This document shows positions 30,868 to 40,828 of a stretch of DNA of 64,000 bases, one piece after another. The stretch is taken from IMG/VR virus record IMGVR_UViG_2806310702_000001. One strand, 5' to 3'. This DNA is from an uncultured virus (IMG/VR IMGVR_UViG_2806310702_000001) (lineage: Duplodnaviria > Heunggongvirae > Uroviricota > Caudoviricetes). Each line of letters begins with the position of its first letter. Positions within the stretch are counted from its first letter, which is position 1. Position numbers and translations under genes: made by a program. Under the pieces are notes generated by a model, which was not told the DNA's origin, did not search any database, and saw only the letters and a program-made list of their open reading frames with translations.

Positions 30868-31966
30868 AAAAAGACAATATAAAAGAAGATTTGTTACAGA
30901 AGAAAAAATGTATAATGAAGATATAAAAAATAGATTTATAGATTATTTCTACGATAACGAACAAACTAAAGAAAGTATAAAAAGAACATTTTATTTAACA
31001 AATTGTTATATGGAATCAGATTTAGATAAAGATGTCTATGATTTCAATAAATATGAGATAGAAAATTTATTAAAGTCATTTAAAGCCACATCGGAGGGTA
31101 GCCTAGGAGTAAGATTAGCTCATTTAAAGAAATATATCGATTTTTGTATTAGCATGGGTATTAGAGCTAATGCAATAAATTTCTGTGATAGTATAACAAA
31201 TTTAAAAGATTATGTTGTTAGAAATATGGATAAATATAAATATATAACTAGAGAACAGTTATATAATATTTGTGAAACTATACCTAGTGCACAAACGGCG
31301 ATAATTTTTATACTAGCATTTGAAGGTATAGTAGGTAAAGATAAATGTGAAATGCGAAATTTAAAAATTGAAGATGTAGATTTTGAAAATAGAACAATTA
31401 CGGTACGTGCATATGATGAAGTTAATCCACGTACAGGTGAGATAGTTTATAAGCCTGAAAGGGTATTAAAAAATGTAGATTCAAGAACTTTACAATATAT
31501 ACAAGATGCTATAAACGAAACAGTTATGGTTTTACCAGAAAATAAATCCTTTACTAGTCCAGAAATAGAAGTAGAAAAAATGCGAGGAGCTAGAGATGAG
31601 CGCAATAGGATTTTTTATCTTGTTAAAACAGATTACGTATTAAGAAAATCTGCATCTAAAGGGGAGGATACTGAGTATAGCGAGGAACTAAATGAACCTA
31701 TTCCATCTCCTACAATCCAGACTCGAATTTATAATGCTATAAATTTCTTTGTGGGTAATGAAAGTGAAGAAATGTATTTTGTAAAAAAACTTAATGCTAC
31801 TTCTTTAGAACAAAGTGGTATGATAGAAGAATTAGAAAAAATTGAAAAACAAAAAGGTGATCTAAAAGTATCTGATTTTAAATATGTAATAGAATCTAGG
31901 AATAAAAAGACGTACTATTCATTAAAAAAATTATGGGATCATATCAAAAAAGAGATGGATAATTAA
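30860..31966 (+). CDS. Degenerate tyrosine-recombinase-fold protein, SPbeta YopR/MrpR-like candidate repressor
   Basis: ILAFEGIVGKDKCEMRNLKIEDVD (box I without Arg); TSLEQSG in place of HxLRHS. Confidence 0.7.
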   Translation: MAKKRQYKRRFVTEEKMYNEDIKNRFIDYFYDNEQTKESIKRTFYLTNCYMESDLDKDVYDFNKYEIENLLKSFKATSEGSLGVRLAHLKKYIDFCISMGIRANAINFCDSITNLKDYVVRNMDKYKYITREQLYNICETIPSAQTAIIFILAFEGIVGKDKCEMRNLKIEDVDFENRTITVRAYDEVNPRTGEIVYKPERVLKNVDSRTLQYIQDAINETVMVLPENKSFTSPEIEVEKMRGARDERNRIFYLVKTDYVLRKSASKGEDTEYSEELNEPIPSPTIQTRIYNAINFFVGNESEEMYFVKKLNATSLEQSGMIEELEKIEKQKGDLKVSDFKYVIESRNKKTYYSLKKLWDHIKKEMDN

Positions 31967-31984
31967 GAATAACAAAAAATAAAA

Positions 31985-32016
31985 TTATAAGGAGTTAGCA
32001 AATTAACTCCTTATAA
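31985..32016. terminator. Stem-loop
   Basis: TTATAAGGAGTTA / TAACTCCTTATAA. Confidence 0.6.
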
Positions 32017-32058
32017 AAAAGAAATATATAAAAATAAATTAAAGTGAGGGAAATATAA

Positions 32059-32430
32059 ATGGAAAGTAGATTAGATAGAGAATTAATTATAAATGGATGT
32101 AAGGAAAGAGAATTAAAGGTACAAGCAATATATAATAAAAAAGGCAATATATTTGATTGCAGACATGAAATAATTAAAACAAGAAAATTACAAGATGACT
32201 TGAGTTTAGAACAATTCCAAGAGGATTTTAATGAAAACAACATAGATAAATTAAAAATAGATTTTGAAAAATTAGATTTAATACATAAAAGACAAAATGA
32301 AATACATACAATATTACATATAATGCAAATTAATAATTGGACAATTAAGGATATTTACAGGGAGTATGAAAGTGGTTACACATGTAATGTTTTATCATTA
32401 TTATTACAACCAAACGAAAACATTTGTTAA
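32059..32430 (+). CDS. Hypothetical protein
   Basis: 123 aa, GAGGG RBS. Confidence 0.65.
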   Translation: MESRLDRELIINGCKERELKVQAIYNKKGNIFDCRHEIIKTRKLQDDLSLEQFQEDFNENNIDKLKIDFEKLDLIHKRQNEIHTILHIMQINNWTIKDIYREYESGYTCNVLSLLLQPNENIC

Positions 32431-32487
32431 CACTGCTAAAACATTATATAATATAAAAATAAATTAAATAAGAAAGGGCGTTTTAAT

Positions 32488-33762
32488 ATGAAAAATATTT
32501 ATAAAATTATTACTGAAATAGCTAGTACATCTAGCAGAAATGAAAAGGAAACTATATTACATAATAATAAGGAAAACGAACTATTATCAAGTATATTTCA
32601 ATTTATATTTAATCCATATATAGTAACAGGAATTAGTAGTAAGAAATATAATAAATTCAAAGATATTAATTCAAATAGTAGTATAACAAGCATAGAAGAA
32701 ATGATGGAATATTTAAAAGTTAATAATACAGGTAAGGATACGGATATTAAAAGCATTATTGGATTTATTAATAACCAAGATGAAGAATTGAGAGGCTTAC
32801 TGAAACAAATAGCAACCAAATCTTTAAAAATAGGTGTAACTGCAAAAACATTAAATAAAGTGTATGGAAAAGGATTTATACCAGAATTTAATGTCATGTT
32901 GGCGGATAAATATTTTACTAATCAGAATAGGATCGACGGTGAATTTATTGTTACAACAAAATTAGATGGTGGGCGTGCAGTAACAATAAAAGAGAAAAGA
33001 GATGCTAAATTTTTTACTAGACAAGGACAAACCATTGAAAACATGGTAGAAATACAAGAAGAAGCTAAGTTATTACCTGACAATATGGTTTACGACGGGG
33101 AGTTGCTTTTAAGAAATGATAAAAAGTTGGTTAGTAAAGATTTATACAGGGCTACTATGAAAGAAACTCGTAAAGATGGAATTAAAAAGAATTTAATATT
33201 TAATTGTTTTGATATAATCCCGATTAATGATTTTATGAATGGGAAATGTAAAATTCCTTGTATAGAAAGAAAAAATCAACTGCATGAAATATTAAGTGGA
33301 TTGAATTTGGAACATATAGTAGAAGTACCTATGTTGTATGTAGGAACGGATAAGAATGAAATTATTAAATTACTAGATGAGGCTAGAAGTAGGGATGAAG
33401 AAGGCGTTATGGTAAATTTAAGCAATGCTCCTTACGAATGTAAAAGAAGCAAAAGTCTATTAAAAGTTAAAGTTATGCAATCAGCAGATTTAAAAATAAT
33501 TGGATTTGAAAAAGGTGAAGGTAAATTATCTAATACATTAGGAAAAATAGTTGTAGACTATAAAGGCAATGAAGTTAGCGTAGGATCAGGATTTTCAGAT
33601 CAAGATAGAGAATATATATGGAATAATCAAACTGATTTATTAGGGAGAATAGTAGAGGTGCAATATTTTGAAGAAACTCAAAATCAAAATGGTGGTATAT
33701 CTGTAAGATTCCCTGTGTTTAAGGGAATAAGACACGATAAAACTGAACCAAGTTACTATTAA
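32488..33762 (+). CDS. ATP-dependent DNA ligase
   Basis: KLDGGR, YDGEL, FDII, EGVMV, LLKVK, VGSGFSD, RFPVF. Confidence 0.95.
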   Translation: MKNIYKIITEIASTSSRNEKETILHNNKENELLSSIFQFIFNPYIVTGISSKKYNKFKDINSNSSITSIEEMMEYLKVNNTGKDTDIKSIIGFINNQDEELRGLLKQIATKSLKIGVTAKTLNKVYGKGFIPEFNVMLADKYFTNQNRIDGEFIVTTKLDGGRAVTIKEKRDAKFFTRQGQTIENMVEIQEEAKLLPDNMVYDGELLLRNDKKLVSKDLYRATMKETRKDGIKKNLIFNCFDIIPINDFMNGKCKIPCIERKNQLHEILSGLNLEHIVEVPMLYVGTDKNEIIKLLDEARSRDEEGVMVNLSNAPYECKRSKSLLKVKVMQSADLKIIGFEKGEGKLSNTLGKIVVDYKGNEVSVGSGFSDQDREYIWNNQTDLLGRIVEVQYFEETQNQNGGISVRFPVFKGIRHDKTEPSYY

Positions 33763-33811
33763 TATCCATATTGAATAAATTAATTAAAATATAATAATAA
33801 AGGAGAGAAAA

Positions 33812-36800
33812 ATGAACAAAAAAAATAAACAATATGCTAAAATAAGCAAAAAAACATTACATAATTATTTGATAAGCCATTATAATGGTTTATCAAATAA
33901 AGAAATAAATAAATTAGAATATATTTGGTTTAGTAAATATAACATGATTAAATACATAGAATATAATTTCAAAGATGTTGTTAATATAAACATGATAAAA
34001 AATTTTTTTGACAATATAGTTTTTACTTATATAAAAGATGAAGAAAATACATTTAGATATAGTATAGTAGACAAATTATTAAATTTAAAAATTACAGACG
34101 ATATGCAAAAAGAATGGGAAGATCCTTGTATTATAGGGTGGCTTTATCAATATTATAATTCAGAAGCAAAAGATAATGTTATACAGGCTAAAAAGAAATA
34201 TACAAAAGAAGAAATCCCATTTGCTACTCAGCTATTTACGCCTGATTGGATAATTAGATATATGGTTCAAAACTCATTAGGGAGGTATTGGGTGGAATCT
34301 CATCCAGAGAATAATGAATTAAAGAAAGAATGGGAATTTTATCTTAAAAATCCTAATCCAGAACCAGATTTTGAAGAAAAGTTAGCTCCATATATAAATA
34401 AGGAACTAAAGGTAGAGGATATTAAATGTTTTGACCCTGCTTGTGGTTCAGGTCATATATTAGTTTATATGTTTGATGTACTATATCAGATATATGAAAA
34501 GTGTGGATATATGAATAGAGAAATACCAAGGCTTATTATAGAAAATAATCTTTATGGGCTTGATATAGATGATAGAGCTTACCAGCTTGCTTGTTTTGCT
34601 GTTGTTATGAAAGGAATGAAATATAATAATAGACTTCTTAGAAGTATAGAAAAAGAAGAAATAAGAATAAACATAGCATCCATACAAGAAACTAACAAAT
34701 TAGATAACATGGATATAGAGTATATAGCAGGGGAATCTTCAGGAGAAAATTATGATAAAGTACAAGCCTTTATTGAGCAGTTTAGAGATGCTAAGATATA
34801 TGGTTCACTTATAAAGTTAAAAGAGTTTGATAAAGAGTTTTTAGAAAAAAGATGTGATTATATATCAAATATTTTTATAAAAAAAACAATAGTCGAAGAA
34901 GATTTAAGGTATAAAAGAATAACTGCGTTATTACAAGATTTATTAAAACAAACAAATATAATGATGAATACATATGATATTTTAGTTACAAATCCACCTT
35001 ATTTAAAAAGCAAATATATGAATTCAGTTTTATTTAACTTTGCAAAGGAGAACTATGATAAAACAAAATCGGATTTATTTACAATGTTTATTGATTGTTG
35101 TATGCAAAAAGTAAAAAGAAATGGTCATTTGGGATTTGTTGTACCTTTTGTTTGGACAATATTACCTTCCCATAAAAATATTAGAAAACATATAATATCT
35201 AATAAAAATATAAGTTCATTTATAGAACTTGAATACAACGCATTTCCTGAAGCATGTGTTCCAGTATGCACATTTACATTAAGAAACTACAACGTTGATT
35301 TATTTGGCGAGTATATTAAATTATCTAAGTTTAAAAAATACAGTAGCCAATCAATTAAAACTTTAGAGGCGATTAACAATCCTAAAGCAAATTATAGATA
35401 TAAATGTAAAAGTAGTACGTTTGGTTTGCTACCCAATTATTTTATGTCGGGATATTGGGCGAGTGAAAAAATTTTAAAACTTTTTAAAGAAAATAAAGCT
35501 GAAGATTATGTAAATGCTTGTACTGGAATACAAACAGGGGATAATAGAATGTTTATACGTTTTTGGTATGAAGTTAATATAAATAAAACTAATATTATTA
35601 ATAAAAATAATTGTAAATGGTATAGATATAATGGAGGAGGTAAGCTAAGAAAGTGGTATGGAAATTACCTTAAATTAGTGAATTGGGAAAATGACGGGCA
35701 AGAAATCAGAAATCATAAAAGTTCCATAATAAGCAATGAAAATTTTCACTTTAAAGAAGGATTGACATGGAAACGCATCGGTACAGAAATAGTATTAAGA
35801 TATTTACCTAATGGATTTTTATTCGATCAATCTGGAGATTCATTGTTTGCAAAAGATCGAGATAAGCTTTATTATTTTTTAGGATATTTTAACAGCAAAG
35901 TAGGAAAATATCTTTATAAAATAATTGCGCCAACCATGAATCTAACATCAGGTAATATCAAACGTTTCCCCGTTATTACGTCTAATTCATCAAATATAAA
36001 TAAAAAAATAGATCATTTGGTAAAACAAAACATTGATATAGCAAAAACCGATTGGGACTTTTTCGAAACTTCATGGGATTTTAAACTTCATCCATTACTA
36101 GAATTTCAAGAAAATAGTATAGAGGAATCATTCAATAGATGGAGCGAGTTTACAAATAAACAATTTAATCAATTAAAAATTAATGAAGAAGAATTAAATA
36201 GACTATTTATAAATATATATAATCTTCAAGATGAAATAGCGTCAGAAATTGAAGAAAGGGGTATAACTATAAGAAAAGCTGACAAAGAAAGAGATATTAA
36301 ATCATTTATATCATATGCAGTAGGTTGTATGCTTGGTAGATATTCATTAGATCAAGAAGGACTTGTATATGCTGGAGGAAAATTTGATTCTTCAAAATAT
36401 AAGATTTTTAAAGTTGATGAGGATAATATTGTACCAATACTTTCAGATAGTTATTTTGAAGATGATATAGTAGCTAAGTTTGTAGAGTTCGTTAAAGTTA
36501 CTTTTGGAGAAGAGAGTTTGTCAGAAAATCTTAATTTTATAGCTGAAACACTTGGTAAGAAGAGTAATGAAACTGCAAAAGATACTATAAGAAGATATTT
36601 CCTTAATGATTTCTTTAAAGACCATGTTCAATTATATAAAAAGAGACCTATATACTGGTTATTTACATCAGGAGGGGAAAAAGTTTTTAACTGTTTGATT
36701 TACATACATAGATACGATAAAACAACTTTATCAAGAATAAGAACAGATTATTTACATAACGTTAAAAATAAACTTGAAATAAAAAGAGAGTTCTTATCTA

Positions 36801-37000
36801 ATATAATACATAGTGATTATGGTACTAAGGAAAAGAATAATGCTAAGAAAAAACTTCGATTTATTGACAAGCAAATAGATGAATTAAAGCAATATGATGA
36901 AGTTTTACAGCATATGGCAGATATGCAAATAGAAATGGACTTAGATGACGGGGTAAAAGTAAACTATGAAAAATTTAAGGGATTGTTAAGCAAAATATAA
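33812..37000 (+). CDS. pglX: BREX-1 PglX-type adenine methyltransferase, orphan, with a short divergent N-terminus
   Basis: IIGWLYQYY, ATQLFTPDWIIRYMVQNSLG, DPACGSGHIL, NPPY, KKRPIYWLFTSG, DLDDGVKVNY. Confidence 0.9.
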   Translation: MNKKNKQYAKISKKTLHNYLISHYNGLSNKEINKLEYIWFSKYNMIKYIEYNFKDVVNINMIKNFFDNIVFTYIKDEENTFRYSIVDKLLNLKITDDMQKEWEDPCIIGWLYQYYNSEAKDNVIQAKKKYTKEEIPFATQLFTPDWIIRYMVQNSLGRYWVESHPENNELKKEWEFYLKNPNPEPDFEEKLAPYINKELKVEDIKCFDPACGSGHILVYMFDVLYQIYEKCGYMNREIPRLIIENNLYGLDIDDRAYQLACFAVVMKGMKYNNRLLRSIEKEEIRINIASIQETNKLDNMDIEYIAGESSGENYDKVQAFIEQFRDAKIYGSLIKLKEFDKEFLEKRCDYISNIFIKKTIVEEDLRYKRITALLQDLLKQTNIMMNTYDILVTNPPYLKSKYMNSVLFNFAKENYDKTKSDLFTMFIDCCMQKVKRNGHLGFVVPFVWTILPSHKNIRKHIISNKNISSFIELEYNAFPEACVPVCTFTLRNYNVDLFGEYIKLSKFKKYSSQSIKTLEAINNPKANYRYKCKSSTFGLLPNYFMSGYWASEKILKLFKENKAEDYVNACTGIQTGDNRMFIRFWYEVNINKTNIINKNNCKWYRYNGGGKLRKWYGNYLKLVNWENDGQEIRNHKSSIISNENFHFKEGLTWKRIGTEIVLRYLPNGFLFDQSGDSLFAKDRDKLYYFLGYFNSKVGKYLYKIIAPTMNLTSGNIKRFPVITSNSSNINKKIDHLVKQNIDIAKTDWDFFETSWDFKLHPLLEFQENSIEESFNRWSEFTNKQFNQLKINEEELNRLFINIYNLQDEIASEIEERGITIRKADKERDIKSFISYAVGCMLGRYSLDQEGLVYAGGKFDSSKYKIFKVDEDNIVPILSDSYFEDDIVAKFVEFVKVTFGEESLSENLNFIAETLGKKSNETAKDTIRRYFLNDFFKDHVQLYKKRPIYWLFTSGGEKVFNCLIYIHRYDKTTLSRIRTDYLHNVKNKLEIKREFLSNIIHSDYGTKEKNNAKKKLRFIDKQIDELKQYDEVLQHMADMQIEMDLDDGVKVNYEKFKGLLSKI

Positions 37001-37050
37001 TTAAAATTCAAGTTTTATACAACACAAAATTAAATTATGGAGGGATAAAA

Positions 37051-37461
37051 ATGATAAGATTAAATTATTTAGATAACTTTATACCTAAGATAAAGAGTAA
37101 ATTAATAAAGGAACTAAATTATAGAAATCAAGTGAAATATAGTGGTAAAGAGACATGGTACGATTTGAGATATGGAGTATATGAATATTACATAAATAAT
37201 GTTCAAGGCAATGAAAATCTTACATATAATCAAGTTAAAAAGAAATTAAGCAGTAATGCATTGTCAGGTGTTAAAATGCATGATGATAGAGAAGGCGTGG
37301 AAGTCTATAGGTATGGCAATATGGCTATTAAAATTCAAAACGAAGAAATAGTATATATACATAATAATAAGGGAATTAAAAATTTTGAGAGGTATAAGTT
37401 TAATATTGATAGCAAATATAGAGACTATCTAAGAAAACTATGGAATATTGATAGTATATAA
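37051..37461 (+). CDS. Hypothetical protein
   Basis: 136 aa, GGAGGG RBS. Confidence 0.7.
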   Translation: MIRLNYLDNFIPKIKSKLIKELNYRNQVKYSGKETWYDLRYGVYEYYINNVQGNENLTYNQVKKKLSSNALSGVKMHDDREGVEVYRYGNMAIKIQNEEIVYIHNNKGIKNFERYKFNIDSKYRDYLRKLWNIDSI

Positions 37462-37535
37462 AACAAAATTACATTAAAACAATAGTTGACATTAAGAGAT
37501 AATAAGAATATAATAATAATTGTGGGAGGAATAAA

Positions 37536-37715
37536 ATGTTAATAGAATCAAAAGATATAGAAAAATTAATTAATACATATCAAATACAAATTAAAACTTG
37601 TAAAGAAATATTAAATAAAAATCCTATCAGTATAGCCGATAATGAATACTTAGAAACTAGAATCAATACTTATAGAGATGTAATATGGGATTTAAAAAGA
37701 ATTATAGGATTGTAA
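37536..37715 (+). CDS. Small hypothetical protein (59 aa)
   Basis: GGGAGGA RBS; promoter TTGACA 37486-17-TATAAT. Confidence 0.6.
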   Translation: MLIESKDIEKLINTYQIQIKTCKEILNKNPISIADNEYLETRINTYRDVIWDLKRIIGL

Positions 37716-37773
37716 AACATATCTTTTATGAGGTATAACAGATAATTAAAAAATAATATATGGAGGGGTTAAT

Positions 37774-38283
37774 ATGAGTAAATTAATTAAATATATAGGG
37801 GAGAATAATGATTATCACGAATTAGAAAAAAATAAACTATATTTTGTTAAGGACGAAATAACAGAAGATTCGTGTGAAACAATTAAAGGGTATGGGACGT
37901 TATATAAAGATGAGACTTATGTAGATGTATCAAAAGAAGAAATAGTGAATTATATTTATAATAGACTTGATGACGAGATACAGGAAATACAGGAGGTTAT
38001 TAAAAACAGAGATGAATATTTAATGAGCAACGATCCATATTACACTTTTTATGAAGTAGATAATAAAACACAAGAAATATTGGATATGATACATAACGAA
38101 TTTTTTACACTACGTGACAAATTAGCATTTTTAAAATTATTAAAAAAATATATTAACAACCCAATAAATGCGATACTAGAATATATGAGATATTTAAATA
38201 TGGAAGAAAAAGAAGAATATAATCAAAATATAGATAATCTATATAAAGAAACTGATAGCAGTATTTTTGATATAGAACAATAA
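37774..38283 (+). CDS. Hypothetical acidic protein
   Basis: 169 aa, GGAGG RBS. Confidence 0.7.
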   Translation: MSKLIKYIGENNDYHELEKNKLYFVKDEITEDSCETIKGYGTLYKDETYVDVSKEEIVNYIYNRLDDEIQEIQEVIKNRDEYLMSNDPYYTFYEVDNKTQEILDMIHNEFFTLRDKLAFLKLLKKYINNPINAILEYMRYLNMEEKEEYNQNIDNLYKETDSSIFDIEQ

Positions 38284-38303
38284 ACATAGAAGGAGGGATA
38301 ATA

Positions 38304-38714
38304 ATGGGATTAGATGCAACTTTATTTAAAATTAAATTTAAAGTAAAAAGTGATTTAGAATATGAAAAGATTAGAGATAAAAAGTGGAAGGAATTAAATA
38401 AAGACTGTAAGCAATTTGAAAAATGGGAACGTGATATTTGGACAGAAGTGTTATATACATCTAGTTGGGATATTGCTCATTTAATAGACCAAAGAAATAT
38501 TGGAGACAAAAAAGTAGATTTTGAAGAAGCTAGGGATTTGGTATTAGACGAAGAAGATATAAAAATTATATTACAATCAATGAAATCAGCAAGACAAGAT
38601 GCTAGATATGAAAATGTATATGAAGAATTAGATAAACATATAGAAGAATTAGCAAAATGCTTAGAAATAATAGATTTTAAGAAAGAGACACTATTATATG
38701 GAGAATGGTTTTAA
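38304..38714 (+). CDS. Hypothetical phage protein (MGLD N-terminus)
   Basis: 136 aa, GGAGGG RBS. Confidence 0.7.
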   Translation: MGLDATLFKIKFKVKSDLEYEKIRDKKWKELNKDCKQFEKWERDIWTEVLYTSSWDIAHLIDQRNIGDKKVDFEEARDLVLDEEDIKIILQSMKSARQDARYENVYEELDKHIEELAKCLEIIDFKKETLLYGEWF

Positions 38715-38879
38715 AGGGTTAAAGTATAAAAAGGGTAAATGTGAGAGGACAATGGGTTGATTATGAACGTTTTGATTTAATAGGTTTGATTGATGAATTA
38801 AAAATAAGAATTAAACCACCACATAGTGTAGAAATAATTTGGAAATTATAATATTATATTAATAAAGGATGTGAAAAAT

Positions 38880-40700
38880 ATGGAGTGGAATACAGAAAAA
38901 ATAGAAGTAAGATCTATAATCGCATTAAAAGATTATATTACTAGAAATAATAGATTACAACCCTTTATTAATGAAAATGATAAAACTCCTTCTTGGGATG
39001 GTGAAGTATTTGTTTATAATTCAAATTCTAGGAATAAAAAAGACTTATATGGTAAAGTACCAGTACAAGTAAAAGGAGTATGCAATGAAGACTTAAGTAA
39101 AAAAGAAATAAAATATTCTTTTGATAGTAGTGACTTACAAAATTATAAAGATGAAGGTATAATTATTTTTGTGGTTTATATGAAAAATTATGATGAAAAT
39201 AAAATATACTATAGTGCTTTATTACCATTTGATTTGCATAGAATAACTAAAGATCTTAAAGAAAATCAGAAAACAAAATCTATTACATTAAAGGAGTTTC
39301 CTAAACAAAATCAGGAAGAAATATTAAAGATTTTTGATAATTTTATAGAAAATAAAAAAATATCGGGTGGAATTGTAGATAACAGAATTTTATCACTACA
39401 GGATATGAGAAGTTTAGGTATAAAAACTGATAGATTTTATTTTAAGTGTTGTAGAGATTTTCAAAAAATGATTAAAGATTCATGCGAATATGATATATAT
39501 ATTTATGCAAAACCTCAGGGATATGATGTTAAAATTCCGGTAGATAAATTAGGAATTATAAAACAGATTGTTCAAAATGTATCATCCAATGTTACTATTA
39601 ACAATAAAGTTTTTTATAATAATTATGAAGTAATAACAAAATTAGATGAATATATAATAGTTATTGGTAATAGTTTTAAATTAAATATTAGCACAGGTAA
39701 AATTCATTACGATATTTGTGGTACTTTAACGCAGAGAATTCAAGGTATTAAATTTTTTATTGAATTATTGAATTATAAAAAAGTACAAATTAATGGAATT
39801 GAGTTACCCAATATAATACCAAATAGTTGTTCTGGAAATATAAAGGATTTAGAAAAAGAGTTGAATAGACTTGAAATAATTAGAAGTGTATTAATAGATA
39901 AATTAGGTGTGAGTGAAGATCTAGAAATGGACAATCTATCTGAAGAAGATAATTGCAAAATTGTATGTTTAATTAAGTCATTTGTTAATAATGAAAGTGT
40001 GTATATGGACATTGAGACTGAAAATATATATAATACTAAAAATCCTATTGATGCAGGTATGATTATGGGAAATTTAAATATAGGAAATTTAAGTGTAAAA
40101 CTATTATTTGTTGTTGAAGGAAATAATAAATATAAATTAATGAACTTTTTCGGTAGTAATATACGTAAAGTAGATTTAATAGATAGTGACAATCAAGTGC
40201 ATACAGTTAGCCTATATACTCAGCTAAAAAAAGAAGATTTTCTTGTAACCTCTAACATAAACTACAAAAACATAATAGATTCGTATATTAAAATGCCTAA
40301 ATCAGAAACACAAAATAATTTATATAATAATTTGGTGCTTGAAATACTAAGAGCTTATGATGAACAAAAAGAAAAAAACATAAAACTTTTAAAATTAGCG
40401 ATAGAAATTACAGAATTACTTTTAAAAGAATTTAAAAAATCCGAAGCATTGTTTTTAAAGCTGAATAAATTTCAAATCATCAAAAGAGAAAGGAAATTTA
40501 ATTTAAATGAGATAGAAGAACTTTACAAGCTAAAATTTAGTACAAAAGATAACGTAAATTTAATGGTAATCAATATTTTATTGGATAATTTTCAAGAGGC
40601 CAATGATTACTTCAACAAATTATCTAAAGAAGAGAAGGAGCAGTTTAATAAATATCCTATTGCAAATTTATGGGATAAAAATTGTAACAATACTATATAG
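38880..40700 (+). CDS. DUF4365-like (PD-(D/E)XK-type N-terminus) protein
   Basis: NENDKTPSWDGEVFVY...VPVQVKG; helical C-terminus ending YPIANLW. Confidence 0.7.
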   Translation: MEWNTEKIEVRSIIALKDYITRNNRLQPFINENDKTPSWDGEVFVYNSNSRNKKDLYGKVPVQVKGVCNEDLSKKEIKYSFDSSDLQNYKDEGIIIFVVYMKNYDENKIYYSALLPFDLHRITKDLKENQKTKSITLKEFPKQNQEEILKIFDNFIENKKISGGIVDNRILSLQDMRSLGIKTDRFYFKCCRDFQKMIKDSCEYDIYIYAKPQGYDVKIPVDKLGIIKQIVQNVSSNVTINNKVFYNNYEVITKLDEYIIVIGNSFKLNISTGKIHYDICGTLTQRIQGIKFFIELLNYKKVQINGIELPNIIPNSCSGNIKDLEKELNRLEIIRSVLIDKLGVSEDLEMDNLSEEDNCKIVCLIKSFVNNESVYMDIETENIYNTKNPIDAGMIMGNLNIGNLSVKLLFVVEGNNKYKLMNFFGSNIRKVDLIDSDNQVHTVSLYTQLKKEDFLVTSNINYKNIIDSYIKMPKSETQNNLYNNLVLEILRAYDEQKEKNIKLLKLAIEITELLLKEFKKSEALFLKLNKFQIIKRERKFNLNEIEELYKLKFSTKDNVNLMVINILLDNFQEANDYFNKLSKEEKEQFNKYPIANLWDKNCNNTI

Positions 40701-40706
40701 GAATAC

Positions 40707-40750
40707 TCTTATGCTTTATCATAAATACAAACATTTGATAAAGCATAAGA
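40707..40750. terminator. 15-bp inverted repeat
   Basis: TCTTATGCTTTATCA / TGATAAAGCATAAGA. Confidence 0.6.
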
Positions 40751-40828
40751 AACAAAGCTACAAATAAAAAACTCATTTTATGGGTTATAATAATGAATTA
40801 AAATATATTAATAATAGGAGGGACTTAA

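Noticed and set aside
30860..31966. Active phage integrase
   Set aside because: Box I Arg and the HxxR motif appear replaced
33812..37000. Complete BREX system
   Set aside because: No other brx/pgl genes in the window
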